64,000 bases of DNA, from positions 1 through 64,000 of the IMG/VR virus record IMGVR_UViG_3300048629_000034. One strand, given 5' to 3'. Under the pieces are notes generated by a model that saw nothing but the letters and a program-made list of their open reading frames with translations, had not been told where the DNA came from and ran no database searches. This DNA is from a virus. Taxonomy: Duplodnaviria; Caudoviricetes. A program made the translations under genes and the position numbers. Shown in pieces: positions 10,396-22,300 of this stretch (position 1 is its first letter; every line of letters starts with the position of its first letter).

Positions 10396-12285
10396 TTAAT
10401 GTCGTTGAAGACCATACCAAACGTCTTTAATTCCATTGTATGAATCACCTATTAGTTTTAAGTCTTTTTGCCACTGATTTCCAGGATTACCATATGGAGC
10501 TACGGAATTTTTTAATGACTCAGCAGTATTTTGGTCTACTCCAAATCCTTGTATCATAGCTTTCAGTTCTCTCATTTGTCTATTCTTTGAGTCTTGCGAA
10601 TCTTGATTGTGCTTTAATTTTAATGCATTTCTATATATTCTATTCTTTTCCTTGCTGCTAGTGTCTTTGTTTGAGTACTTGGCTAATTCTTTTTCTGACA
10701 AGTATTCTGCAACAATCTTAGTTTTTTCTAGCTTTTGGATTTTTTTTACTGCATCTTCGTTTCCAGTTTCAGGATCCGATCGAATTGATTCTATTTTATT
10801 GTTGATAAAATCAATAGTGTCATTCTTGTTGGTCTCACTTGTGCCACCAACTACATTAACCTCATTACTATTGGACGTGCCTTTAAGTGAATTGAATACA
10901 CTAGGCAATGGATCTGTTTTAGCAACTTGGTTATTGTTGTTGAAATCAATTTTATAAAGGTATTGAAGATAATCTGCTTTTGGTATCTGATAGCCTTCGC
11001 TATCACTACTTTTAGCCTTAGTCTTCTGTTTGCCCTCATTTAGCTTGTCCATTAGTTTTTTTAAAGCATCAGCTTTTTGTTGTGTCATAATGCTTTTTGT
11101 ATCTGAACCAATGCCATTATCTAACTTGAATTGTTTGGTTAGTTCTTTTATTTGTTTTATGTATTTTGATGGTGATCCAAGCGATGATGCTGATGAGCTA
11201 CTACTTGTTTTATTTTCATATGCAGAGGCAGCATCTTGCAGTAATTCCATTTTTCTGTTATCAGATACATTTAGTTGTAGTATATTTTCTACTAGTTTAG
11301 TAGATACCTTGCCAGATATGATTTCATTTAGAGTTTTGTTATCTTTGTTTTTAGCATTTAGTAGACCTATTGAGTCTTTTAGCTTGTCATTTATAAAGCT
11401 ATACGACCATCCTTCTCCAACTAGCCCTGCTATTACCTTAGGATCCATGCTGTATATACCAGTAAACATAGTCTTTTTGCTTCTGCCTGATTTGCTTCCA
11501 GATGGGCCTGACGACGAATTGTCTTTTTTCGCTTCCAGCTTAGCCAGCTGTTTTAATACATCAAGTTCTGCATCAAACTCTGCCTTGTTTGCTTTCCATT
11601 TAGCAGTTCTTGTATAAGTTGAACCAGTACTACTTGCAGGATACAGGGAGTCAACTAATTTTAATTGGTTTGTTATATCACTAGCTTTTATACCTTTGAT
11701 TTTAGACAACCTGTCGTGAAGTATTTTCTTGTAGTTTTGTGGATTGTATACTATATCTGCATAATCTTCTTTATACAGATCCATAGCACCTTTATTCGCT
11801 TTATCTTGAACTTTCCAATCAGCGTATCCTTGTTTTTGAGCAAGTTTATTTTGCTTGGAAATAAATGCATTATTGATTTTGTCTGAATCATATGAACCAT
11901 CTTCATTTAATCCAACAGACAGTATATTCTTGTCAACCCAGCCTGAACTTACAGAACCATCTTGAGCCTGCACAACATCTTGACCAAATGTATTTTGATT
12001 TATTTGTTTTAGCAGTTGGTTCTCTAAGTCATTCTTTGGAGTATCAATTGCTGCCTGATTGATAGCATCTTGTTTGTCCCATTCCGCTTGCTGTCTAGCT
12101 TGTAGTTTCTGTTGCCAGCTATCAGCTTTTGCTTGTCTAGCAGCTTGTCTTTTTCTTTCCTGCTCAAGCAGGTCAAGCTCTTTGTTTTTTAAGCTTTGTG
12201 ATTGAATATTAGCTAATGCATCTCTTATTCCTTTGGTAGCATCATCAACTGACACTTTACCAAAGTTCATTGTGTATCCTGACAT
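10396..12285 (-). CDS. Probable ejection/internal virion protein (N4 gp51 position)
   Basis: Synteny upstream of vRNAP, no Cys, Q/K/S-rich coiled regions. Confidence 0.55.
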   Translation of the reverse strand: MSGYTMNFGKVSVDDATKGIRDALANIQSQSLKNKELDLLEQERKRQAARQAKADSWQQKLQARQQAEWDKQDAINQAAIDTPKNDLENQLLKQINQNTFGQDVVQAQDGSVSSGWVDKNILSVGLNEDGSYDSDKINNAFISKQNKLAQKQGYADWKVQDKANKGAMDLYKEDYADIVYNPQNYKKILHDRLSKIKGIKASDITNQLKLVDSLYPASSTGSTYTRTAKWKANKAEFDAELDVLKQLAKLEAKKDNSSSGPSGSKSGRSKKTMFTGIYSMDPKVIAGLVGEGWSYSFINDKLKDSIGLLNAKNKDNKTLNEIISGKVSTKLVENILQLNVSDNRKMELLQDAASAYENKTSSSSSASSLGSPSKYIKQIKELTKQFKLDNGIGSDTKSIMTQQKADALKKLMDKLNEGKQKTKAKSSDSEGYQIPKADYLQYLYKIDFNNNNQVAKTDPLPSVFNSLKGTSNSNEVNVVGGTSETNKNDTIDFINNKIESIRSDPETGNEDAVKKIQKLEKTKIVAEYLSEKELAKYSNKDTSSKEKNRIYRNALKLKHNQDSQDSKNRQMRELKAMIQGFGVDQNTAESLKNSVAPYGNPGNQWQKDLKLIGDSYNGIKDVWYGLQRH

Positions 12286-12294
12286 AGTGTTCCC

Positions 12295-12765
12295 TTATAA
12301 TGTTTTGTAGGCTTTTAATCCAAGTATCTTTGTTGGTTTATTTCCATGAGCATTAAATACAGCAAGCGTGTTATCTCTAGCTATTTGTGCATTTTGATTG
12401 TTTTTTAGTTGCTGTCTTCCAAGTTCCATATTTAATTTATTGGCAGCATGCTTGTCTCTGTAGTTTAAGTGTCCCATACCTAAATTAGCTAGAGATATAC
12501 CAAGTCCACCCCAGCCTTTAGTAGCATCGAATGATTGTAAACCAGTAGCACTTTCTATAAGTTTACCTTCGTCATTATATTTCTCTGGGTTACCCCATAA
12601 ATCTTTAAGCCAGTTGTTTTCTGTAGTATTGAAATCTATATCTTGAGTGTTTATTGGTACAGAATAGCTTCTGACAATAGATGATAAACCATATTTATCT
12701 TTGTCGTCATTTTTATAGTTAATATAATCTTCTAGGCTTCCCATATTTGTATTCCTTATAGTCAT
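12295..12765 (-). CDS. Small ejection/structural protein (N4 gp52-like)
   Basis: Size, synteny and the Gly-rich segment GWGGLGISLANLGMG. Confidence 0.6.
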   Translation of the reverse strand: MTIRNTNMGSLEDYINYKNDDKDKYGLSSIVRSYSVPINTQDIDFNTTENNWLKDLWGNPEKYNDEGKLIESATGLQSFDATKGWGGLGISLANLGMGHLNYRDKHAANKLNMELGRQQLKNNQNAQIARDNTLAVFNAHGNKPTKILGLKAYKTL

Positions 12766-12825
12766 ACTTTATGCATGACTTTATTTTTATTCTACTACAT
12801 TACCATAATCAATTTTAACTCTGAC

Positions 12826-14526
12826 TTAACCGATTATTTGCCCTATCTTATCTATTCTATGCATAACTGGATATTTTGGTCCTATATTGAATATTGATTG
12901 TGGATCAGTATATTCTTCGTATCTACCTGCATTCACACATTCCATTTTCTGTAGCAACTTAGCCTTATTTGCTTGATCTACATATGCTAATCCGATCTCT
13001 CTACTTTTCTCAACCATATTGAATGCTTCATTTGATTTGTCTAGTTCATTTCTCATTGAAGCTAATTCTTCTTCGTCTTTTGCTTGTTTATAATCCATTA
13101 CCCAATTAGACACCCTTGCAAATGCTTGGACTTGATGAATAACAGATGTTCTAAGTGTAGATATGTATCCTTTTACTTTTGATGTGACAGCATCTGTGAT
13201 TGTTTCAATTACTCCCTTTTGAGCAGTATCTGTGGCAAACTTAGTAGCCATATTCTTGATTGATATTAGCATATTTGTGAATCCAGCTATAGCTGCTACT
13301 TTTCCAGCTATTCCTGATATTTTTGATGAGTATGATGCTCCTGCTTCATCACCCCAAGACACCATAGCCATAGCAAGCACAGACAGTGATAATGCTATCA
13401 CTGTTGCTGTATAAGCTATGATTTCTACTATAGACAAGCCAGCAGTACTAAACGGAGGGAATATTATACACAGAATCACCACAATGATTACAAGTAATTT
13501 TTTCCACCACTTTACTTTCTTTTTTTGATATCCACTATCTATAGCTTTAGACCATATTTGATTACACACAGGAGTAGGTAGATTATCAGTATGAAATATA
13601 CTAGCTCTAAGCGAACCATTCAAGAAGAACGCATCAGTTCTTTCGTATGTAGCTCTCAGTGCAGAACCAAACCAACTATCAGATTCTAGAACTATTGGCC
13701 TAACATATCCGAGCAATTGAGCTGTTGCCTGTTCGTTTACACCTAAATGTTTAACTATTTCACTGTAATTTTGTATATAGCGAGTAAGTTTTAATGTTGC
13801 TGTATATGTATATACTTTAGTAACTATTGGTTCTGATAGTTCATCTTTTTGATGTTGAGTCTCTAGGTCTATTGATATCTTCTCTTTTGTTATCTCAAAC
13901 AATGATGGATCAAATAGAACATATCTTGATGTCAAGTCTATGTCAGAATCAGTGATTGCTGTAGGGTTTGTATCACTAGCAGGTATAGCTACTTCATTGT
14001 TTATATCTGAAACGATTGTAGAATTTGTATATACAGTAGTATAGTTGGTTCTTATCTCATCTATTATTTCTGTGTTTGTTTTTGTATCCCATTCAAGCGA
14101 CTCATTTGGTTTGATCTGTAGTTCCAATTGGAAGTCGTCTATTTCGAACAGTATAGTATTCATTCTGCTAGAGATAGCATTATCCATTAATTGGTTATCA
14201 TATGCCTCTCCAGCTAAACTAGCAGAATAACTAGCATCAATCTTGCTTTGATTTAGGTATATCCACGCAGAGTCGATACCTTGAGGATTATTAGCTTTTA
14301 GTTCTTCATACATACCAATTTCTTGGAATAATTCTTTATTAGCTTCTAGATTGTGCTTAGGATACCAGTATTTTCTATCAACTAACACCTCGTTTTCACC
14401 AGAACCAACAGTCCCCCATTTACGTAGAAATCTTCTCTTTTTGCCTAGCTGATATGCAAAGTCAGCCATTGCTGCTTCGCTTGATTTTACACCATCAGGA
14501 AGATTGAACATAATTGGATGTTTCAT
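12826..14526 (-). CDS. Structural protein with transmembrane segments (N4 gp53-like)
   Basis: KKKVKWWKK followed by hydrophobic helices; synteny. Confidence 0.6.
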   Translation of the reverse strand: MKHPIMFNLPDGVKSSEAAMADFAYQLGKKRRFLRKWGTVGSGENEVLVDRKYWYPKHNLEANKELFQEIGMYEELKANNPQGIDSAWIYLNQSKIDASYSASLAGEAYDNQLMDNAISSRMNTILFEIDDFQLELQIKPNESLEWDTKTNTEIIDEIRTNYTTVYTNSTIVSDINNEVAIPASDTNPTAITDSDIDLTSRYVLFDPSLFEITKEKISIDLETQHQKDELSEPIVTKVYTYTATLKLTRYIQNYSEIVKHLGVNEQATAQLLGYVRPIVLESDSWFGSALRATYERTDAFFLNGSLRASIFHTDNLPTPVCNQIWSKAIDSGYQKKKVKWWKKLLVIIVVILCIIFPPFSTAGLSIVEIIAYTATVIALSLSVLAMAMVSWGDEAGASYSSKISGIAGKVAAIAGFTNMLISIKNMATKFATDTAQKGVIETITDAVTSKVKGYISTLRTSVIHQVQAFARVSNWVMDYKQAKDEEELASMRNELDKSNEAFNMVEKSREIGLAYVDQANKAKLLQKMECVNAGRYEEYTDPQSIFNIGPKYPVMHRIDKIGQIIG

Positions 14527-14539
14527 ATGTTTGGTTCTT

Positions 14540-15391
14540 TTATACTGATGGTAGGTTCAGGTCAGCTAGCTTCTTGATTGAATTGCTGAAGTCATCAATT
14601 AGTGAGTAGTTAGCTAGTAACTCACCTTTGTCTGCACTAATTACTGTACCAATAGTAGCACTAGCTCCACTAGCAGCACTAGCCCATGCATTATATACAT
14701 ACCCTTTAGCTTGTTCTGTAGCTATCATTAATTGTTGATCACTTAGTGACTTATTTGTATCCATTCTTGTAACTCCAGTAACTCCAGTCTCACTAATTGT
14801 GTATCCAGCATATGTTCCGTAGTTTACGTATGTATCTGCTACTAGTTTGTGTATTCCAGCGTTAGTCTCAGTTTTCTTCAGTTGAACCAATTCAGTCTCT
14901 TTAACTGCTTGTTTAACCTTTTGAGCTACTAACTCTTCTTCTGTATCTTTGGTTCCTTTTCCTAATGCAACTACTCTACCATCAACTACTGTCGGTAATC
15001 CATCGGTTTTAACTGAACCAGACTGTGCAGCTATATCTTGCGTGTACACTTGTGCTTTCTGAGCTTCTGTCAACTTAATCTTCTCAGCTAGTAACTCTAA
15101 CTCAGCTTCTGTAGTAGCTTTCTTTAACTTTAACTCAGCTTCTGAACTACTCCATTGTAGTGCTAGACTCATCGAACTTGACGCTATACTAGTACTCATA
15201 CTTGTCAGTACATTACTAATTACTTCAGCCTTAACTGTCTCATCAATATCACCTTTATCCAGCATATCACTCATTGTTTCTTTCATTCTGATATATACAG
15301 AATCACTATCTAGTGACTTATTCACTAGCTCTTGGTATTTATTCACTACATCTAATTGTGTGTCTAATTCTATTGTTACTTTTATACTCAT
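14540..15391 (-). CDS. Structural protein (N4 gp54-like)
   Basis: Synteny; helical/coiled-coil sequence similar to 23822-24154. Confidence 0.5.
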   Translation of the reverse strand: MSIKVTIELDTQLDVVNKYQELVNKSLDSDSVYIRMKETMSDMLDKGDIDETVKAEVISNVLTSMSTSIASSSMSLALQWSSSEAELKLKKATTEAELELLAEKIKLTEAQKAQVYTQDIAAQSGSVKTDGLPTVVDGRVVALGKGTKDTEEELVAQKVKQAVKETELVQLKKTETNAGIHKLVADTYVNYGTYAGYTISETGVTGVTRMDTNKSLSDQQLMIATEQAKGYVYNAWASAASGASATIGTVISADKGELLANYSLIDDFSNSIKKLADLNLPSV

Positions 15392-15425
15392 TTATTATTT
15401 CCTTTTTATTTTGTTTGGTTGATTA

Positions 15426-16292
15426 TTACAGGTTAATACATTCAATTGTGCACTTAACAGAAATTGAGTGCGCGGAATAGTTCGCTCCATCCCCTTGACA
15501 CTCAAATACAAGCTTAAGCGGGCCATCGCTCCCGCTAGGACTATAGACTTCTTTATGGTAGGTTATGACTTCTATAGTGCTAGACCCATAGGTAGAAGAA
15601 GAGCATAATATATTTATACCTCCTACTGCTACTGTCAGAGGATTTTCTGGAGAATGGTTACCAGTATACGTGTAACTTTCAAGTAAAACACTTCCGAAAA
15701 ATACGGATATTTTAGCATAGCTGTTACCACTAACATAAATAGGCTTACTTAACCGTAACGTATTGTTTCTTTCAGTAAGTAATCTGTATGCGCCAAATGG
15801 GACAGCTTCGTAATCATAAGCATATATGTCAGTTTCTATAGTTTTACTGATAACAGAAGTATTTGAAACTTCTACACGAATATATTTATAATAATCACCA
15901 AATATAGTCTTTGTAGGTAATCCACTTGCTGTTGTAACAGCAAGTGTATTATAATCAATAGTAGCACCTTTAATATAAGCACCCTCTATATTCGGATCAA
16001 CACTAGTGCCTGCAGCAGTATCATTTAATTTGAAACCAGTAGTTGTGTTATCTACATTAATGTGGTCAGCAGTTATACCTATAACATTGACTTTACTAGC
16101 ATCAATAGTACCAGTAGTAATTCTACTACCATCAATTACAGTAGTATCATTAGCTAGCACAGTATTTATATCATCATATGGGATATAGTTACTTAAATCT
16201 ATACTATCTACAGCAGTATCTACATCTTCCAATGTAGCTACTTCTTTAGCTTTTAATACTGCAGGTTCTAGTGTTTGTATGTCAATTGCCAT
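15426..16292 (-). CDS. Tail fibre/receptor-binding-like protein
   Basis: IDGSRITTGTI fibre repeat shared with the upstream 2062-aa protein; beta-rich C-terminus. Confidence 0.55.
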   Translation of the reverse strand: MAIDIQTLEPAVLKAKEVATLEDVDTAVDSIDLSNYIPYDDINTVLANDTTVIDGSRITTGTIDASKVNVIGITADHINVDNTTTGFKLNDTAAGTSVDPNIEGAYIKGATIDYNTLAVTTASGLPTKTIFGDYYKYIRVEVSNTSVISKTIETDIYAYDYEAVPFGAYRLLTERNNTLRLSKPIYVSGNSYAKISVFFGSVLLESYTYTGNHSPENPLTVAVGGINILCSSSTYGSSTIEVITYHKEVYSPSGSDGPLKLVFECQGDGANYSAHSISVKCTIECINL

Positions 16293-16329
16293 TTAGTTTT
16301 CCTTTTATTGCTTTATAGTATAAGATAAA

Positions 16330-19300
16330 TTACACCATGTTATTCACTGAAATAACACCTTGGGTACAGTAAGGTTCTGCAGAGCTATCATCATAATCCT
16401 TACCAATAGTCCTGAAGAATAACGGAGCTCCTCTAATAACTCCACGTAATCCACCGATACCTGAGTAAGAAGAGTCGCTAGCATTTGGATCCCTTGAGAC
16501 TTTAATTTCGTTAAAAAAGTATAAATACCCATTATTCTCCTCCCTAATAGTCGTAAGAGTTATAGTGAACCCGTTAGAAGTAGTAGACGCAGTTGTGGTA
16601 CCCCATCCACTGTTACCAATAGCAGATATACCGTTAGCCCCCAATGTGTAATGAACATAACCATTTACATTAGAAGCTGAGCTAGATATAAATGTTGTAG
16701 TAATAGTATTGATTAAAGTATTACCTAGATATATATCTAGGTAGGAAGTACCAGTTAGATACTCGGTCACCCCAGAGTATGGATGAATAGTAAATACAAT
16801 ATCATCCACCTCTAAATACGGATCAGTACCTTTTACTAACTTATTGGTGCTAAGCGTAGCATAATCTGAGTATGAGTATAAAGGTACGTTAAATACTTCA
16901 GCACCTACTGGTACACTATACAAGTTAATATAGTCATAAGAAGTGTCATGGATAAATGAAGGTCTATGAGTATAAGAAGGTATTGAAAATGAACTTACAC
17001 TAGGTATCCTATATTCATCAGTACCACTTATATAAACAGCAGCAGGCATAGTAGTAGAGTTGTAGTCGGAAACAGGTATATGGTAGTTAGTAAGCACTTC
17101 TAGTTCTCCATCTAAGTCTAAGTAACTAGCTTTAATAACAGCTCCCTCAATGTAACTACCTATTAGCCTTTTACCAGTCAACTCGGTAGCGCTTATAGTC
17201 TCAGCAACTAGCCCAGTAGTATTGATTCTGTCAGCTAATATTGTCCCTGTAGTTATTTTACTTCCGTTTATTGTAGTAGTGTTATTGTTAATAGCATCTG
17301 CTACTTCTTCAGGACGTACGTAAGGGCTAAGGTCTATACTACTAACTTGACTATCCACATAATCAACATCAGCCAATATACCAGTAACAGTATCAGATGT
17401 CATAATTGCTATCTTCATTTGTGATATAGTACACACTCCAGTCCAACCTAATACGAACCAATCAGTAGTACTATTTAGTAGTATATCCTCTACTGTACCT
17501 ACTTGTGTAAGTGTATCAGCCTCTCTAATTATACCAAATGAACTATTTGTACTTGTGTTAGGTTGTATTAATCCTTCTACTATATACCATTTGTCATTAA
17601 CTAATGTAGCATTATGAGGTATAGCAGTTGTAGTGTATGTATCTCCATCTATTTGAATTACACTCATAGTATAATCTGTACCTGGTTTGATTGCAAACTT
17701 ATAATAGTAACTACTGTACATATCTTCGATGTAAGGTGAGTACACTTCATCAGAACTGCTAGGTAGTGCTATCTGAGGCTCTGCAAACGCATCAGCACCA
17801 ACTGATACTGAAGACACTGGATTACCTATGAATTGATATCCTGCATTGTCATCACTACCTATAAGACTGGTAGTAGGGATTAAGTTATCAGTTATATTGA
17901 TGTTCCTGTCTTTAAAAGACACAGTATTTACTGTAGATGAGATTGCTTCATCTATTGTTCCCAGCTGATTATTACCGAATGTAACTTTACCGTTAAATAG
18001 TGTCTCTCCGTTTCTTATACTAAATGTAGGTGTGCTATTCGTTCCATCTGAGTCACTAGTAAATTTAAACTTATCAGCATTGATCCAGAACTCACTATCG
18101 TAGCTTGGATTATTACCACCTTCTCCTCTAATTGCCTCAGACGTTAATCCAAATCCGCTTTTGTATGTGTGACCGTCGAGTGTGATATTAGAGCCATACT
18201 TGAAGTTAGTCTCAACCTTATCAGCAGTAACTTTTATTGTGTCCATTAATACTGAGTTACCACCAAGTGCTCCACCTATGTCAGCAGCTATTTTACCAGC
18301 ATCTTTATACTCTGGAATCCATCTATCAGTATTGTTAGGGACTTCATCACCATCTTTTGGGTACGGATCAGTAACTTTTATTACTACGTTGGGTTCAACT
18401 GTATCATCAATTATATTGTCAACTGGTTCGCTATATAGTGCATTTCCATCAGTATCACGTTCTTGCACATAGGTATTCACACCGTCAACTATTTCTTCTT
18501 TTAGTATTGGCATAACCATTCCGTCTGGAAATAAGTATGCTTCTTGATTTTGTATTTGTTCACTAACGGCTATCATTCCTTCAGTCTTCCAGTCATCATT
18601 CCATGACGATTCTTCACTATCCCATATAGTAGTAATCAGTATGCCATCAGTATTATTATGTATCCACATATCACCGTCATTCATAGTGTTTATGGTGCTT
18701 GGATCAGATTCTTGTCTATATACAGTAAGCTTACCGTCAGCAGTGTATTGTGATTCAGCTGCCTTTATGTATCCCTGAGCAAGTGCACCTTCTTGTAATT
18801 GCCAGTTTGTACCATCATACCTGTATGCTTTATAGTTATTTGGATCCAATGTATTAACATACCAATCTCCACTATTTGCATTAGAAGGAGCTGTGTTTGT
18901 ATATGAAATGTTGGTAACAGAGTTATCATTACCAACATAGCCTTCTAAATTTATTATATCAGTAGCTAATGAATTATCTCTTATAAGAGACCAATCAGTT
19001 ACTACGCTTGGAGAGTCTTTCAGTGCTCTATATGGAGTATTATCACTACCATAGTACAGTATGTCCCCTTCACGAGCATCACTAATAGCATATGTGCTTA
19101 AATACCAACTAGATATCTTACCATCGGCAACAGCTTCAGCATCTTTAGCAGCTTTATAAGCTTTTGCTACAGAGTTATCACTCTCAACCCAAGTAGTACC
19201 ATCAAATCTGTAAGCCACGACTGTGTACTCAGCAGGGTTAGTATCTGCTACAACAGAGTGTGTATTTATCCACCAATCTCCGATATCGTAGTCAGTGTCT

Positions 19301-22300
19301 GTTGTGCTAGGAGCTACAGTACTGTACGTAGCATTTATAACCCCATCAGCAGTACCTTGCGCAGCTAAGGCTGCACTTTGGGCTACAGCTATACCAGTAA
19401 CAAGTGAGCTGTTAGATATAGAGTTCCAATTAGATTCTATAGCTAATTCTGAAGTATTTATTTCAATCTTCGCAACATATAAGTCAGTAACTGTTTCTCC
19501 GTTAACAGTAGTACTTTTTACTAGTATATCCCCTTTCCTAGCTGTTACCACCTCTGCGAAGGTACTAGCGTAAAACGTAGTAACCTTACCATCAGCTGCT
19601 GCTTGCGAATTGATAGCTTGAACGTAAGCTTGACCTACCGTGTTTGTAGTATTAACAACCCAAGCCAATACACCGTTAACTAACTCATATCTCTTAACAG
19701 AAGGAGATAATAGAGTAGTATCTATCCACCAATCCCCTTCAGAAGGGCTGGTCGGTTCAGTATCTGAGTAGTATGCATCTACCTTGCCATCTAAAGTCCC
19801 TAAATCACTCTTAACAGTAGATATCCTTGTTAAAAGGTCTGTGTCTTGAGATAACTCCCACCCGTTGGTGGTATCATACACGTAGGTTGTTCCATCATCT
19901 AATGTAGTAGAGCCTCTTATAATAAGTACGTCTCCATCATGCACATCATTAGGCACTGTGATATCATCTTGGTAGTAAAACCTAGTACTATCATCTCCAG
20001 CTTTTTTAGCCTTAGTGAAAGCATCAGCTATTGCATTATTAGTCTGAGTCCAAGTATACGTACTAGGACTTACAGAGTTATCAATAGCTGTACATTTATA
20101 AGCAGTAGCTACTCCACCTCTAGAGTCATCATTAAATATATACCAATCCCCTAGGTTACCAACTACAGATCCAGTAGGTGCTACTGTAGCATAAGTAGCA
20201 TCCACTATACCGTCTGCAGTGCTTTGAGCTTGATTAGCTAGTAAAGCTGCTTCAGCTATAGAGGTGTCTTGAACTTCTACCCACTGAGTATTTGAGAACT
20301 GATACCTCCACAACTTGTTACCGTTATTTGTATCAATCCATAAGTCACCATCATTGCTCTCAACCATACCTTCAGGCTCATTATCTTGATAATGTGTGAC
20401 AATCTTACTATCGGCAGTACCTTGAGCAGTCACAATAGCTCTATCCTGAACACTGTGCCAACTCTTAGTGGTTCCATCTGAGTCAAGCATGTACATATAC
20501 TGAGAATTATCGGTACTATCAATAAGTAAATCTCCTAGTACTAGAGGTACATCAGCAGTACCTGTAACAGTACTAGTAGTACCAAAGTACGTACTTATCT
20601 TAGTAGTAGCTAAGGTTACACCTGAATTAGCCACTTCCTGTACATCAGCTAACCTAGAGAGAAGATTAACATCCTCTATAGGAGTGTAGGTCTTCACAGT
20701 TAATCCATTAACATCTTGTGTGACACTTATACGATGTTGGGTACCAATACCATAAACTAAGTTAGTTACTGGGTCAGTGTACTCCGCAGTAAGTGTTACT
20801 ATGTCTCCATCATCACCAGGTAAGGAGTTAAGAGTATCCAGATAGAACATTTGAAGCTTACCATCAGCAGTAGCTTCTGCTGTCCTAGCAGCTATGTAAG
20901 CATCAGCTATAGCGTTGCTTTTTTCGTGCCAGTTACCAGTAGTTGTGGAGGCTGTAGTACTATCATCATACATATATGCTGTAGCAGTATAGTCATGCTT
21001 ATAGATGTACCAGTCACCATTACTTCCAGTAACGTTCGCAGTTGGTGCTACATCATAGTAATTGGCTTCTATAATACCATCTGCAGTATATTGAGCAATA
21101 TCAGCAGCAGATTGTGCAGTAGCTATAGCAGTAGTAAGTGATGTATTAATTATCTTACTCCAGTAAGCTTCTATAGGTGTAGTGTCTGTAGCTGGTGTTA
21201 TAACTAGCGTGAACTGCTCACCTGAGAAGTGTTCAATGCCATTACCGTCAGTGTAATCTGCAGTAAGTACTAGTAAATCTCCATTCTCAGCTAAGCTATC
21301 AATAATAAAATCATCTTGATAGTATATAGTCATCTTTCTATCTGCCATAGTCTGGGCTTTGATAGCTTCAGCGTACGCATTAGCAGCAGTAGTATCTGTT
21401 ATTAGGTACCATCCGAAACCATCAACATCTACTTTGCCATCAACAGTATCCGATCCATAAAGGAACTTCCAACTAGCTATATACTCATTAATATCATTTA
21501 CAACTTTATATTGAATATAAGTATCTCCAGTATGTTTATTACGCTCTGCAATTGAGTTTGTTGCTAGGTCCGAATTGTACCAAGTAGCGTACGGTTCTGT
21601 TGGTGACGGTCTTCCAACATAATCACCATCAGGCAAACTTTCAGCATCTAGCACGGGTGAATCAGTGCCTGAGAATATATCAATCTTACCGTCAATTTGA
21701 TTTTGAAATAACTCTAGCTGCTGTGCTATACCAGACATTGCAATACCACTATCTGTTGGGTCATAACCTACAAATGTATTTATATCATTAATGTATCCAG
21801 CAGAACCAATAGACAACCCATCATTAGTGAATAGTTTAGCATTTAGTGTAGTAATTCTTTCAGCTTGCACTGATGTTTCGGAAGCCAATGCTGTATCAAC
21901 CTCTTGCAATGTAGCTACATTATCATTAAATACCGACTGTATCGTACTGATATTACTAGCTGTGGTAAATTGATTGTTAGCTATTGTATTCTTCAAGTCA
22001 GTAACTAGTGAATTAATTCTACCACCATCTATCTGGCTGTTGATATGTTGCAGAACCAACGTAGATGCTTCCTCTGGAGTGGCTTTTGTTTGTTCTAGTT
22101 TGATTATATTAGCAGCAACATTCATCAGTGTGGAATTCAGTGTTTCTAATTTTCGTACGACTATGCCATCGATTGTCTCTTCGCTCATTATTGATTCAGT
22201 GTATGTATTTCTAGCTAACTCTGCTTCTAATAATGAGGCATTAATTGCATTCATTGCTAACTTTAAGTCACCAAGTGTCCGTGCACTAGCTAATTCAGCT

